DNA of 64,000 nt from Candidatus Komeilibacteria bacterium (GCA_026396575.1 JAPLWM010000007.1:76760-140759), one strand, 5' to 3'; counted from the stretch's first letter, positions 8,863-18,332 are shown. A program made the numbers and translations. Notes: generated by a model from the sequence alone, not told the origin.

Positions 8863-10272
8863 ATGCAATTAAGAGGATTACTTCTTTTTTTGTTAATCGG
8901 CTTGATTTTTTTGCCGGGCCTGGCTTTGGCCGAAAGCCAGCATTACAGCGCCGCGGATCTAACTAATGAAGTTATTTTCCGAAGCCAGGACAAGGTTTTC
9001 AGTTTAACCGTGCCGGCGGCGGGTTACAGTTATTTGGATGTTTATCTTTACCCGGCGGATAATTCCGTTTTACCTGGCAATTTAACGGGCAGCGTTTATT
9101 CCTATTATCTTAATGCGCCGGAAATAACCGATGATCAGTCCTTTAAAATAAGTTTGGCTTTGGATAAAAGTAACAATGCCGGCAAAATTGTTTATTATCT
9201 AGACTCTAAAACCAATCAGTGGCAATTTGCTCCGCTAGTGGAACAAACGGACAGTGAAATTATTATTGAACTTAAAGGCAAAAACAATCAGCTTATTTTA
9301 GCCGATGCCAGTGCGGTGACCAATCCTTGGCAGGGCCAAGCAACGGTTGCTTCAAACGATAATTTATTAAGCGTGGCTTTGCCCGAATCTTTAACCGGCC
9401 AAAGCGGCACCATTGCCATTCAACCTAAAGCTTTCCTGGGCACGACTTCGGCTAAGAAGCGGCTTTCCAATATTTACCAGCTGGACCTAAAATCATCTGC
9501 CGATACGGATTTAAACGAAGCTTTAAAGCAAGGCAAGGCAGCGGCTTGCCAGCCGATTTTAAAACAATCAATTGCCAGCACTAAAAAAAACAGCGTCAGC
9601 GAAGTTAAAAATCTGCAGAAATTCCTCAAAGACACGGCCGAGTTTTCCAGTGTTCAAATTACCGGCAAATATGATAAAATAACAGCACAGGCGGTAGCCA
9701 GGCTTCAGGAAAAATACGCTAAGGAAATTTTAAAGCCCTTGGGGCTAACCAAGGGCAGCGGCGAGGTCTATCAGGCCACTTTAAAAAAGATTAACCAGCT
9801 TTATTGCCAGGATTTGGCCGCCAAACGCTCTTTTATAGAATTGTCCTTTAAATACGATTCTTTGGATAATCGGTCCAAAGCGGTGTATTATTGGGACGCC
9901 AGTTCAACCGCTTGGCTGCCCTTGCCTTCATTTGACGATTACCGGGAACAAACGGTTACGGCTTTAACCAAATCACCTTCTTCAACTTTCGCTTTATTTG
10001 AAGAAGAAAACCAGTGGTCGGGCCAAGCCAGCTGGTATGCCTTTAAAAACGGCTTATTTGCCGCCAGCCGCGACTGGCCCAAAGGCACTCGGCTTAAGGT
10101 TACCAATCAGAGTACTGGCTTAAATCGGGGCAAAACCGCCATCGTGACCGTTAATGATTACGGCCCGGAGCTTTGGACCAAACGGATTATTGATTTGGAT
10201 AAATTCGCTTTTGAACAGATCGGCAATTTATCAGGCGGCATTATGCCGGTAAAAATTGAAGCAGTTAAATAA
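8863..10272 (+). CDS. Secreted RlpA-like (double-psi beta-barrel) protein with a peptidoglycan-binding-like domain
   Basis: Signal peptide. The C-terminus has WSGQASWYAF...GTRLKVTN...AIVTVNDYGP, an RlpA/DPBB pattern. The middle has a PG_binding_1-like segment. Confidence 0.7.
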   Translation: MQLRGLLLFLLIGLIFLPGLALAESQHYSAADLTNEVIFRSQDKVFSLTVPAAGYSYLDVYLYPADNSVLPGNLTGSVYSYYLNAPEITDDQSFKISLALDKSNNAGKIVYYLDSKTNQWQFAPLVEQTDSEIIIELKGKNNQLILADASAVTNPWQGQATVASNDNLLSVALPESLTGQSGTIAIQPKAFLGTTSAKKRLSNIYQLDLKSSADTDLNEALKQGKAAACQPILKQSIASTKKNSVSEVKNLQKFLKDTAEFSSVQITGKYDKITAQAVARLQEKYAKEILKPLGLTKGSGEVYQATLKKINQLYCQDLAAKRSFIELSFKYDSLDNRSKAVYYWDASSTAWLPLPSFDDYREQTVTALTKSPSSTFALFEEENQWSGQASWYAFKNGLFAASRDWPKGTRLKVTNQSTGLNRGKTAIVTVNDYGPELWTKRIIDLDKFAFEQIGNLSGGIMPVKIEAVK

Positions 10273-10275
10273 ACC

Positions 10276-10956
10276 ATGATTAAATTCACCAACGTTTCCA
10301 AATACTATAAGCCCAATGTGGTTGCTTTAAAAACCGTTAATTTGGATATTGCTTCGGGCGAATTCGTTTCCATTGTCGGCCAATCCGGCACCGGCAAAAC
10401 CACTTTGATCCGTTTGATGATTGCCGAAGAAAAGCCGTCCGAAGGCCAAATTATTATCGGCGGCTGGGATATTACCGATATTAAAGAAAGGGAAGTGCCG
10501 TATTTAAGGCGCCAGATCGGGGTGGTTTTCCAGGATTATAAATTATTGCAGAAAAAAAACGTTTTCGAAAATATCGCTTTTGCTTTGCAAACCTGCGCCG
10601 TGCCTTTGGCCAATATCCGCCGGATTGTGCCGCAGGTGATTAAAATCGTGGGCCTGGAAGGCAAGGAAGAGCGCTATCCTTTCCAGCTTTCGGGCGGGGA
10701 GCAGCAGCGCGTGGTTATTGCCCGCTCGCTGGTTCATAAGCCCAAGCTCTTGGTGGCCGACGAGCCCACCGGCAATCTGGATTCCATCAATACCCGCGAA
10801 ATCATCGATTTATTGAAAAAAATCAACGAGCTGGGCACCACCGTAATTTTGGTCACCCACGACCGGGATGTGGTTAACAGCTTAAAGAAACGGGTCATTA
10901 CCATCGACGAAGGCCAAATTATCGGCGACCAATCCAAAGGCAGATACGTTTTATAA
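10276..10956 (+). CDS. ftsE: Cell division ATP-binding protein FtsE
   Basis: Walker A GQSGTGKTT, LSGGEQQR signature, Walker B LLVADEPT. Immediately upstream of ftsX. Confidence 0.9.
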   Translation: MIKFTNVSKYYKPNVVALKTVNLDIASGEFVSIVGQSGTGKTTLIRLMIAEEKPSEGQIIIGGWDITDIKEREVPYLRRQIGVVFQDYKLLQKKNVFENIAFALQTCAVPLANIRRIVPQVIKIVGLEGKEERYPFQLSGGEQQRVVIARSLVHKPKLLVADEPTGNLDSINTREIIDLLKKINELGTTVILVTHDRDVVNSLKKRVITIDEGQIIGDQSKGRYVL

Positions 10957-10972
10957 GTTTAAAATATAATTT

Positions 10973-11896
10973 ATGTTTTTTATTGAATTTTCCCGGGTAG
11001 TGAAATTCGCCTTGCAGAGTATTTTGAGGAATTTTTGGCTGTCCTTGGTAACCGTTTCCATTATCACCCTGGCTCTTTTTTCCGTCAGCTTTTTGTTTAT
11101 TTTCAATTTAATGTCCGCCCATACTTTGGCGGTGGTGGAAGGCAAAACCAATGTTTACATCGATTTAACCGCTTCGGCCACGCCCGAGCAGGCCCAGCTT
11201 TTAGTGGCCGAACTGCAAAAATTGCCGGCTATTAAGGAAGCGGAGTTTATTACGCCGGAAAAAACTTTGGAGGATTTTAAGGCGCGCCACCAGGATAACA
11301 AGCTGATTTTGCAATCCCTGGCTTCTTTGGAACAAAATCCTTTCCGCGGCAGCTTGCGGATCAATGTTTACAATATTTCGGATTTTCCGGTAATTTTAAG
11401 CGAGCTGTCCAAAAAGGATTATGGCCAGTATTTGGAAATTGAAGACCAGGAGTTTACCGATGCCAAGCTCTTAATCCAGGGCATCGGCGATTATTCCCAA
11501 AAAATTCAGCGCGGCGGCTTAATTATCAGCTTATTTTTCATCATTATTTCCTTGTTGGTGGTCTTTAACACCATTCAGGTGGGCATTTACACCCATCGGG
11601 AGGAGATCGGCATTATGAAGCTGGTCGGCGCTTCCAACAGTTTTGTCCGCTCGCCGTTTTTAATCGAAGGCATTGTTTACAGCATTTTGGCCGTGGCCAT
11701 TTTAATGGCCGTGTTATACCCTTTATTGGCCTTTATCCAGCCCTATATTGACGGGTTTTTCAAAGAATATTCCACCAGCCTGATTACTCTGTTAAACCAG
11801 AATTTTTTCAGGGTTTTTGGCATTCAATTTTTAATTGCCGTGGTGATTACGGTGTTAAGCGGATTTTTCGCGGTTAGGCGATATATTAAAGTATAA
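10973..11896 (+). CDS. ftsX: Cell division permease FtsX
   Basis: FtsX topology: N-terminal TM, a periplasmic domain, then three C-terminal TM helices (MKLVGASNSFVRSPFLIEG). Confidence 0.85.
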   Translation: MFFIEFSRVVKFALQSILRNFWLSLVTVSIITLALFSVSFLFIFNLMSAHTLAVVEGKTNVYIDLTASATPEQAQLLVAELQKLPAIKEAEFITPEKTLEDFKARHQDNKLILQSLASLEQNPFRGSLRINVYNISDFPVILSELSKKDYGQYLEIEDQEFTDAKLLIQGIGDYSQKIQRGGLIISLFFIIISLLVVFNTIQVGIYTHREEIGIMKLVGASNSFVRSPFLIEGIVYSILAVAILMAVLYPLLAFIQPYIDGFFKEYSTSLITLLNQNFFRVFGIQFLIAVVITVLSGFFAVRRYIKV

Positions 11897-11906
11897 TCCG
11901 TGAATC

Positions 11907-12011
11907 AAAAAAAGGCCTTGCCTAATTATCATGTAATTTAAAATGTAGGGGCACAACATGTTGTGCCCCTACATCGTTTTACAATAATTATTACCAGGCA
12001 AGGCCTTTTTT
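11907..12011. terminator. Nested palindrome acting as a bidirectional terminator between ftsX and rpmA
   Basis: Outer arms are aaaaaaggccttgcc / ggcaaggcctttttt. They enclose a perfect 32-bp palindrome at 11943-11974 (atgtaggggcacaa catg ttgtgcccctacat) with T-runs on both strands. Confidence 0.6.
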
Positions 12012-12300
12012 AATTTGAACGTGTTATTCCTTCCACGCTGACGAATTTGGCCGGTTTCAAGTTGCCGTCAAAGCGCCTGATTTTTTTGGTGGAAAATTTA
12101 ACTTTGCCCGGGATCAAGGCGAATAAAGTGTCGTCGCCGCCCTTTTTAACGCCTGTGCCAGGCCTGAACTTGCTGCCCCGCTGCCTGACCAAAACCATGC
12201 CGGATTTAACGATTTGTCCGGCGTGCCTTTTAACGCCCAAGCGCTTGGAAACCGAATCCCGGCCTAAACTTGTAGAACCGCCTGATTTCTTATGAGCCAT
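12010..12300 (-). CDS. rpmA: Ribosomal protein L27
   Basis: [16 protein letters not shown]...GVKRHAGQ is the L27 signature. Confidence 0.9.
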   Translation of the reverse strand: MAHKKSGGSTSLGRDSVSKRLGVKRHAGQIVKSGMVLVRQRGSKFRPGTGVKKGGDDTLFALIPGKVKFSTKKIRRFDGNLKPAKFVSVEGITRSN

Positions 12301-12333
12301 AGATTTAATGGATTAATTGAGTAATTGATTAAT

Positions 12334-12362
12334 AGGATAATTGATTTTCGTTTTATTGTCAA
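12334..12362 (-). promoter_or_regulatory. Consensus-like promoter of rpmA: TTGACA, 17-nt spacer, TATCCT on the minus strand
   Basis: The minus strand reads ttgaca ataaaacgaaaatcaat tatcct, about 35 nt upstream of the rpmA ATG. Confidence 0.5.
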
Positions 12363-12373
12363 GTTTTAAAGAT

Positions 12374-12416
12374 AAAAAAAGCTGCCAGAGGTTCACAGGG
12401 TGAACTTAGCAGCTTG
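12374..12416 (-). terminator. Intrinsic terminator of the zinc-ribbon gene (minus strand)
   Basis: Imperfect inverted repeat gctgccagaggttcac / gtgaacttagcagc, followed on the minus strand by ttttttt. Confidence 0.5.
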
Positions 12417-12442
12417 GAAAGGGAAGTTTGGTAGCGAGGTAT

Positions 12443-12904
12443 TTATAGACACTGAGAGGCCCAGTGCTCTTCCGGATCAGGTCTTTCCGCAAGACCCGAC
12501 TTTTCTATTTTGTCCATGTCTTTTTCGGACAATGGACGCTCTGCGGCTTCAGCTCTATCTTCGCGCGCATAATCAAAAAAGTCATCTATTTCTGTCTCCC
12601 GGCATTTCCAGCAGATCGGCCGGCATTCATCACGTTTGAGATGCCAGAGAATCCTCCGGCCCAGTTGCGAGTCGATTGGAATGTCTTCGTGGGTCTCAAG
12701 ATCGTGGATCGAATCGACCTTGATAAACACGACTCTGTCGGTGACTTTCTTGCCGGGATACTCGTCTGATCCCAGCTCTTCGTTGTACTTACCGCAGCGG
12801 TGGCAATGGCGTCGAACCTCCTGCCATTCGTAATCGAGGTAAACTCGATATGAGGCGTTGTTTAGTTCAACCTCAAAATTCGAGTTGTTGATACCTATTC
12901 CCAT
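12443..12904 (-). CDS. Hypothetical C4 zinc-ribbon protein (CHRC...CWKC) with an acidic C-terminus, on a GC-rich atypical islet
   Basis: Start moved to the internal ATG at 12904, which has a GGAG Shine-Dalgarno 5 nt upstream. Composition and codon usage differ from the neighbours. Confidence 0.55.
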   Translation of the reverse strand: MGIGINNSNFEVELNNASYRVYLDYEWQEVRRHCHRCGKYNEELGSDEYPGKKVTDRVVFIKVDSIHDLETHEDIPIDSQLGRRILWHLKRDECRPICWKCRETEIDDFFDYAREDRAEAAERPLSEKDMDKIEKSGLAERPDPEEHWASQCL

Positions 12905-12954
12905 GGGAACTCCTTTGTTATATTGAATTGATGAAATATGTTCAAATTCAAGAA

Positions 12955-12983
12955 AACATACCATAATTTGATTTTTTTGTCAA
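12955..12983 (-). promoter_or_regulatory. Consensus-like promoter of the zinc-ribbon gene: TTGACA, 17-nt spacer, TATGTT on the minus strand
   Basis: The minus strand reads ttgaca aaaaaatcaaattatgg tatgtt, about 45 nt upstream of the ATG. Confidence 0.5.
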
Positions 12984-13023
12984 GTTTAGCTATACTTACC
13001 AAATAATTATTAAAACATTTGTT

Positions 13024-13530
13024 ATGTTAATCGGCCATTTGCCTGCTGGTTATTTCTTAACCAGATATTTGATAAAAAAAAATAAATTGCCTTTAAATAT
13101 CTGGTGGCTGGGCTTAGGGCTGATAGCTTCAATTTTGCCCGATTTTGACATTGCCTACATCGTTTTCCATGATACCACCGTTTCCAGCCACCGCAATTAT
13201 TTTACCGATTATCCGTTTTTTTACCTGCTGGCCTTTTTAATGGCGCTGCTGGTTTATTTTTTTAATAAAAAGAAATGGCTGATTAAAGGAATTTATCTGA
13301 TTTTTGCCAATGTGCTGTTGCATTTTTTATTGGATACGCCGTTTGTGGGCATAAAATGGCTTTGGCCGGTTTATAACAAATTTATCGGCATTTATAACGC
13401 GGGCTTTACCGGCGGTTTTTTGGTAGGCAATTATTTTACCCACTGGTATTGGTATTTGGAAATCGCTTTATGGCTGGCGGCCATTACGGCGGTAATAATT
13501 TCTTATAAAAAAGGCGAGTTGAAAAATTAA
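13024..13530 (+). CDS. Polytopic membrane protein, possibly a YdjM-like membrane-bound metal-dependent hydrolase
   Basis: 4-5 TM helices with conserved His/Asp positions (HDTTVSSHRNYFTD, HFLLD). The call is weak. Confidence 0.35.
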   Translation: MLIGHLPAGYFLTRYLIKKNKLPLNIWWLGLGLIASILPDFDIAYIVFHDTTVSSHRNYFTDYPFFYLLAFLMALLVYFFNKKKWLIKGIYLIFANVLLHFLLDTPFVGIKWLWPVYNKFIGIYNAGFTGGFLVGNYFTHWYWYLEIALWLAAITAVIISYKKGELKN

Positions 13531-13605
13531 ATTTTTCCACTTGACCAGGTTTAAACAAGTGATATTATAAATATTCCAGAGTCGATTCATTAATAATTAA
13601 AAAGT

Positions 13606-13878
13606 ATGCCTAGAAAAGCGAACTTTTCCCCAGACGCGCCATTTACCGTTAAAATGGCGGACATTTATTTTACCGCCATTAAAGCCGATTCCGACGGTTT
13701 AAGAGCGGAATTTAACGATTTAAGGTCGGAAATTAATCAGAAATTTGCTAAGCAGGATGGTACTTTGGAAACTATCCTAAGTATTATTAAGCACATTGAT
13801 TTGGAAAGAAAAGATATTAAAGCTATGCTTTGGGAGCATGATACCAGATTACTGAAGTTAGAAAGAGAAAGAGCTTAA
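13606..13878 (+). CDS. Hypothetical coiled-coil protein
   Basis: ORF followed by a terminator. No recognisable motif. Confidence 0.4.
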   Translation: MPRKANFSPDAPFTVKMADIYFTAIKADSDGLRAEFNDLRSEINQKFAKQDGTLETILSIIKHIDLERKDIKAMLWEHDTRLLKLERERA

Positions 13879-13885
13879 TTTAAAG

Positions 13886-13915
13886 AAACCGCCTAACTAG
13901 GGGCGGTTTTTTGAT
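13886..13915 (+). terminator. Intrinsic terminator
   Basis: aaccgcc taactag gggcggtt stem followed by ttttgatttt. Confidence 0.5.
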
Positions 13916-13946
13916 TTTACCTGGGTATTTGTTATACTATTAAAAT

Positions 13947-14927
13947 ATGCTTTACCAGGATAAAATTTACGGCCCAATAGAAATAACCGAACCGGTGATT
14001 TTGGAGCTTTTGGCTACGCCGCAAATGCAACGCTTGAAAAAGATCCACCAGCAGGGCAATTATTTCATTCCTTTTCCGGAATTCAATTTGACCCGTTTTG
14101 ACCATTCTTTAGGGGTAATGCTTCTCTTAAAGCGTTTTAAAGCTCCGTTCGCGGAGCAAGTTGCCGGCTTGCTCCACGATTTATCGCATGGCCCTTTTTC
14201 CCACGTGATCGACCATCTTTACAATAAAACCGCCAATCAAGACCATCAGGATTCCATTCATCTTGAATATTTCGGCCAGGAAATAAAAAATATTTTAACC
14301 AAGTATGATTTAAATTATCAAAAAACAGCCAATTTGGAAAAATGGCCGTTGTTGGATAATGAGTTGCCGGATATTTGCGCCGACCGTTTGGATTACACTT
14401 TAAGGGATGGTGAGTGCGTTGGCCGGATTATCCAAGCCGAGGTTGAAGGAATTTTGTCGGATTTGATTATTGAACAAGGCAGGTTTGTTTTTCGCTCTTT
14501 AGCTGCGGCTTTAAAATTTGCCAATCTTTCTTATTATCTGTGCCGCTATGTTTGGCATGTTGAATGGGGCGAGGCTTTATTCCAGATGATGGCCGAAGTT
14601 TTAAAACTGGCGCTGGAAGATAATTTAATTAATGAACAAGATTTGCAAAGCGGCGATGATGACAGTGTTTTAGCAAAACTACAAGCTTCAACCAATCCTA
14701 AATTGGCGCAAAAATTGGCTGAGATTAAAAATTTAAGAAAAGAAAAAGTGGTGGAAGATAAAGTTAATTACCGTTACCGTTTAGCCACTAAGAACCGGGT
14801 AATTAATCCTTTGGTAAAAATTAATGGAGCAATGGTTAGGGTTTCTGAGGTTGATCAGGATTTTAAAAATAAATATGAAAGCGAAAAAATCAGAGTTAAG
14901 CAGATTTTTTTGAAAGTTTTGGAATAA
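13947..14927 (+). CDS. HD-domain metal-dependent phosphohydrolase
   Basis: FDHSLGV...LLHDLSHGPFSHVIDH HD motif. Confidence 0.75.
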   Translation: MLYQDKIYGPIEITEPVILELLATPQMQRLKKIHQQGNYFIPFPEFNLTRFDHSLGVMLLLKRFKAPFAEQVAGLLHDLSHGPFSHVIDHLYNKTANQDHQDSIHLEYFGQEIKNILTKYDLNYQKTANLEKWPLLDNELPDICADRLDYTLRDGECVGRIIQAEVEGILSDLIIEQGRFVFRSLAAALKFANLSYYLCRYVWHVEWGEALFQMMAEVLKLALEDNLINEQDLQSGDDDSVLAKLQASTNPKLAQKLAEIKNLRKEKVVEDKVNYRYRLATKNRVINPLVKINGAMVRVSEVDQDFKNKYESEKIRVKQIFLKVLE

Positions 14928-14928
14928 T

Positions 14929-16002
14929 ATGAAAAATAAAGGCGAAAAAGTTATCGTGGCTTTATCGGGCGGAGTGGATTCTTCCGTAACCTGCGCGCTT
15001 TTACTGCATCAGGGCTATGAAGTAGAAGCGGTTTTTATGAAAAATTGGACGCCGCGCTCTAGCGCCGAGGGCGCCTTAATATGCCCGCTTGGCTCGGATG
15101 AAAAAGACGCGCGCTTGGTGGCCTCACAGCTGGGCATTAAATTATCGGTAGTCAGTTTTGAAAAAGAATACCGCAGCCAGGTGGTGGAATATTTATTCAA
15201 GGAATACAAGGAAGGCCGAACGCCCAATCCGGATATTTTATGCAACAGCAAAATAAAGTTTAAGGCCTTTTTGGATTACGCCTTAAAGCGGGGAGCGGAT
15301 TATGTGGCTACCGGACATTATGTAAGAAATCAAAAAATCAAAAAATCAAAAAATCAGTACCAGCTATTGAAAGGTTTGGACAACAATAAGGATCAGTCGT
15401 ATTTTTTGTATCAGATAATGCAAGAGCAGCTGAAGCGTTGTTTGTTTCCTATTGGCGAATACGAAAAGCCGGAAGTGAGGAAGCTGGCCAAAAAATTCGG
15501 TTTGGCAACGGCAGCCAAGCCGGATTCCATGGGCATTTGTTTTGTGGGCGAAGTGGCGATGAAGGAATTTTTACAGCAAAGAATTAAACCAAAAACCGGC
15601 GAGATTATAACAATTGACGGAAAGAAGATCGGCGAGCATGAAGGCGTTTGGTATTACACCATCGGCCAAAGACGGGGGATTGGCGTGGGCGGTGGTATGC
15701 CCTACTATGTGATGGCCAAGGATTTAAAGCACAATCGCTTGATTGTGGCCCGGGGCGATTCCGACGAGGCCTTGTTTAAAAAAGAAATGATTATCGGTGA
15801 AGTTCATTGGATTTCCGGAGTTCAGCCGAAATTTCCGTTAAAATGCCGGGCTAAAATAAGGTACAGGCAGGCGGAGCAGGAATGCATCATTACCAAGCAA
15901 AAAGTAGTGTTTAAAGAAAAGCAGCGAGCCATAACCCCGGGCCAATTTGCGGTTTTTTATAAAGGCGAACAAATTTTGGGCGGCGCTAAAATTATCAGTT
16001 GA
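14929..16002 (+). CDS. mnmA: tRNA-specific 2-thiouridylase MnmA
   Basis: PP-loop SGGVDSSV at the N-terminus plus catalytic Cys residues, with MnmA-typical length and architecture. Confidence 0.9.
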   Translation: MKNKGEKVIVALSGGVDSSVTCALLLHQGYEVEAVFMKNWTPRSSAEGALICPLGSDEKDARLVASQLGIKLSVVSFEKEYRSQVVEYLFKEYKEGRTPNPDILCNSKIKFKAFLDYALKRGADYVATGHYVRNQKIKKSKNQYQLLKGLDNNKDQSYFLYQIMQEQLKRCLFPIGEYEKPEVRKLAKKFGLATAAKPDSMGICFVGEVAMKEFLQQRIKPKTGEIITIDGKKIGEHEGVWYYTIGQRRGIGVGGGMPYYVMAKDLKHNRLIVARGDSDEALFKKEMIIGEVHWISGVQPKFPLKCRAKIRYRQAEQECIITKQKVVFKEKQRAITPGQFAVFYKGEQILGGAKIIS

Positions 16003-16033
16003 TTTTAAGCCGTTTTTATGGTTAGATATAAAT

Positions 16034-17788
16034 ATGAGAGCCGGTGAAATACGTAAAAAATATTTGGAATTCTTCAAGGAAAAAGGGCACGCCGTTATTC
16101 CCTCGGCTTCTTTAATTCCGGAAAACGACCCTTCGGTATTGTTTACCACGGCCGGCATGCACCCCTTGGTGCCGTTTTTATTGGGCGAAAAACATCCTGC
16201 CGGCAAGCGTTTGGTTAGCGTGCAAAAATGTTTAAGAACCGGCGATATCGATGAAGTGGGCGATAATTGCCACCTAACCTTCTTTGAAATGCTGGGCAAT
16301 TGGAGTTTGGGCGATTATTGGAAAGAAGAGGCGATTAAGTGGTCTTGGGAATTTTTAACTGATGCTAAATGGCTGGGCTTAAATCCTAAAAAATTGGCTG
16401 TTACTGTTTTTGCCGGCGATGAAGATTGCCCTTTTGATGAAGAATCATATAACCTTTGGCGCGCGCTCGGTATGCCGGAGGCAAGAATCGCCCGTTTAGA
16501 TAAAGATGAAAATTGGTGGCCGGCCGGCGGAAACAATCCCGGTCCGCAAGGCCCGGATACTGAAATATTTTATTGGACCGCGCTAAGCGCGGCTCCGGCC
16601 CGTTTTGATCCCAAGGACGCCAATTGGGTGGAAATTTGGAATAATGTTTTTATGCAGTATAACCGCACTGCTATGCGCAACTATGAACCGTTAAAACAAA
16701 AAAACGTTGATACGGGCTTTGGCTTGGAAAGAACCGCCGCCGCTTTGCAGGGCAAAGATTCCATTTATGAAATCGAACTATTGGCGCCGCTGATGGATTA
16801 TTTAAAATCGGTGGCCAAGAATTATAACGAGCGTTCGGCCCGGATTATCGTTGACCATTTAAGAGCCGCCATTTTTATTTTGGCCGACCATTCCGGCATT
16901 ATTCCTTCTAATCTTAAACAGGGTTATGTTTTGCGGAAGTTAATCAGGCGGGCGATCCGCTTGGCTAAAAAAATCAATATTCCCTTGGCCGTAAACTTAA
17001 GCGATAAAATCGCGGAAATGGTTATTGATCAGCTTAAAGACGCTTATCCGGAATTGTTAAAAAATAAGAAAAAAATTTTAACGGAATTGGATAAGGAAGA
17101 AAAAAGTTTTGAAAAAACTTTGGAAAACGGCTTAAAGCAGTTTTCCAAAATGGCCATTGATAAAAAAATTTCCGGAGCCGAAGCTTTTGAGCTTTACGCC
17201 ACTTATGGTTTTCCTTTGGAAATAATCCAGGAACTGGCCGAAGAAAAAGGCGCCAGAGTTGATGAGCGGGAATTTGATTTGGAAATGGCCAAACACCAGG
17301 AGCTTTCCCGCACCGCCTCTAGCGGCATGTTTAAAGGCGGTTTGGCCAATCATTCGGAGCAGGCGGTTAAATACCATACCGCTACCCATTTATTGCATCA
17401 GGCCCTGCGGGATGTTTTGGGCGGTGCGGTGGAGCAAAAGGGCAGTAATATAAACGAAGAGCGTTTGCGGTTTGATTTTTCCCATGCGCAAAAAATGACC
17501 GATGAAGAAATTAAAAAAGTTGAAGATATTGTTAATGAAAAAATCAAGAAAGGTTTGCCGGTAGTTTGCGAAGAAACCACTGTTAGCCGGGCCAAAGAGC
17601 GGGGAGCAATTGGCTTATTTGGCGATAAATACGGCGAAAAGGTAAAAGTTTATTCCATGGGTAACTATTCCAAGGAAATCTGTGGCGGGCCGCACGTGGA
17701 GCATTTGGGCGTTTTAGGGCATTTTAGAATCATTAAAGAAGAGGCCTCTTCCAGCGGCATTAGGCGGATTAAGGCGGTTTTGGAATAA
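16034..17788 (+). CDS. alaS: Alanyl-tRNA synthetase, short form: catalytic and editing domains present, no C-Ala domain
   Basis: N-terminal AlaRS motifs (FTTAGMHPLVPFLLG, GFGLERT). The editing domain has HTATHLLHQALR and CGGPHV. The protein ends right after the editing domain. Confidence 0.85.
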   Translation: MRAGEIRKKYLEFFKEKGHAVIPSASLIPENDPSVLFTTAGMHPLVPFLLGEKHPAGKRLVSVQKCLRTGDIDEVGDNCHLTFFEMLGNWSLGDYWKEEAIKWSWEFLTDAKWLGLNPKKLAVTVFAGDEDCPFDEESYNLWRALGMPEARIARLDKDENWWPAGGNNPGPQGPDTEIFYWTALSAAPARFDPKDANWVEIWNNVFMQYNRTAMRNYEPLKQKNVDTGFGLERTAAALQGKDSIYEIELLAPLMDYLKSVAKNYNERSARIIVDHLRAAIFILADHSGIIPSNLKQGYVLRKLIRRAIRLAKKINIPLAVNLSDKIAEMVIDQLKDAYPELLKNKKKILTELDKEEKSFEKTLENGLKQFSKMAIDKKISGAEAFELYATYGFPLEIIQELAEEKGARVDEREFDLEMAKHQELSRTASSGMFKGGLANHSEQAVKYHTATHLLHQALRDVLGGAVEQKGSNINEERLRFDFSHAQKMTDEEIKKVEDIVNEKIKKGLPVVCEETTVSRAKERGAIGLFGDKYGEKVKVYSMGNYSKEICGGPHVEHLGVLGHFRIIKEEASSSGIRRIKAVLE

Positions 17789-17792
17789 ATCC

Positions 17793-17820
17793 TTGACATA
17801 TTCCGCCATTAGTGTAAAAT
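17793..17820 (+). promoter_or_regulatory. Putative promoter of the infA-rpmJ-rpsM-rpsK-rpsD-rpoA-rplQ operon: TTGACA, 16-nt spacer, TAAAAT
   Basis: Perfect -35 at 17793-17798 and -10 at 17815-17820. About 135 nt of leader precede infA. Confidence 0.45.
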
Positions 17821-17956
17821 TATACCTGCGTTAGAGTTTTTACAAAATATCCAATATTTTCCCTAATTTTAGCGGGATATTCCCTTAAATTCCGAGTTCC
17901 AGTTAAAACATCGGCAGGAAGTTAAGAGAATTCCTTTTTTGTTTATCTTTTAAACC

Positions 17957-18190
17957 ATGGAGGATCAATCAAAACCCAATAAAAAGGGATTCATCGAGGT
18001 CATCGGCATTATTGAAGAATTATTGCCGGCCGCTACCTTTAAAGTCCGCCTGGAAAACGGCCACCAGCTTTTAGCCCATCTTTCAGGCAAAATGAGAATG
18101 TTCAATATCCGCTTAATTCCCGGCGACCGGGTAAAAGTGGAAATTACCCCTTACGATTTAACCAAGGGCAGAATTACTTACAGAATGTAA
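17957..18190 (+). CDS. infA: Translation initiation factor IF-1
   Basis: S1-like fold with [45 protein letters not shown]. Confidence 0.9.
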   Translation: MEDQSKPNKKGFIEVIGIIEELLPAATFKVRLENGHQLLAHLSGKMRMFNIRLIPGDRVKVEITPYDLTKGRITYRM

Positions 18191-18201
18191 ATTCAATTAA
18201 T

Positions 18202-18315
18202 ATGAAAGTTAGAGCTTCAGTTAAAAAAATCTGCAAAGATTGCATTATTACCCGCCGCAAAGGCCGGGTGGTTTGCCTTTGCGCCAACCCCAAGCACAAG
18301 CAGCGCCAGGGTTAA
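18202..18315 (+). CDS. rpmJ: Ribosomal protein L36 (37 aa). It is missing from the ORF track because it is shorter than the cutoff
   Basis: Translation is [37 protein letters not shown], the canonical L36 zinc ribbon. It sits between infA and rpsM. Confidence 0.85.
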   Translation: MKVRASVKKICKDCIITRRKGRVVCLCANPKHKQRQG

Positions 18316-18332
18316 TTTAAATTTTTTATCTT

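Noticed and set aside
12354-12990. 11-bp direct repeats TTGTCAAGTTT flanking the GC-rich islet, considered as target-site duplications of a mobile element
   Set aside because: Read on the minus strand, both are the TTGACA -35 boxes of well-spaced promoters for rpmA and the zinc-ribbon gene. There is no transposase, integrase or terminal inverted repeats.
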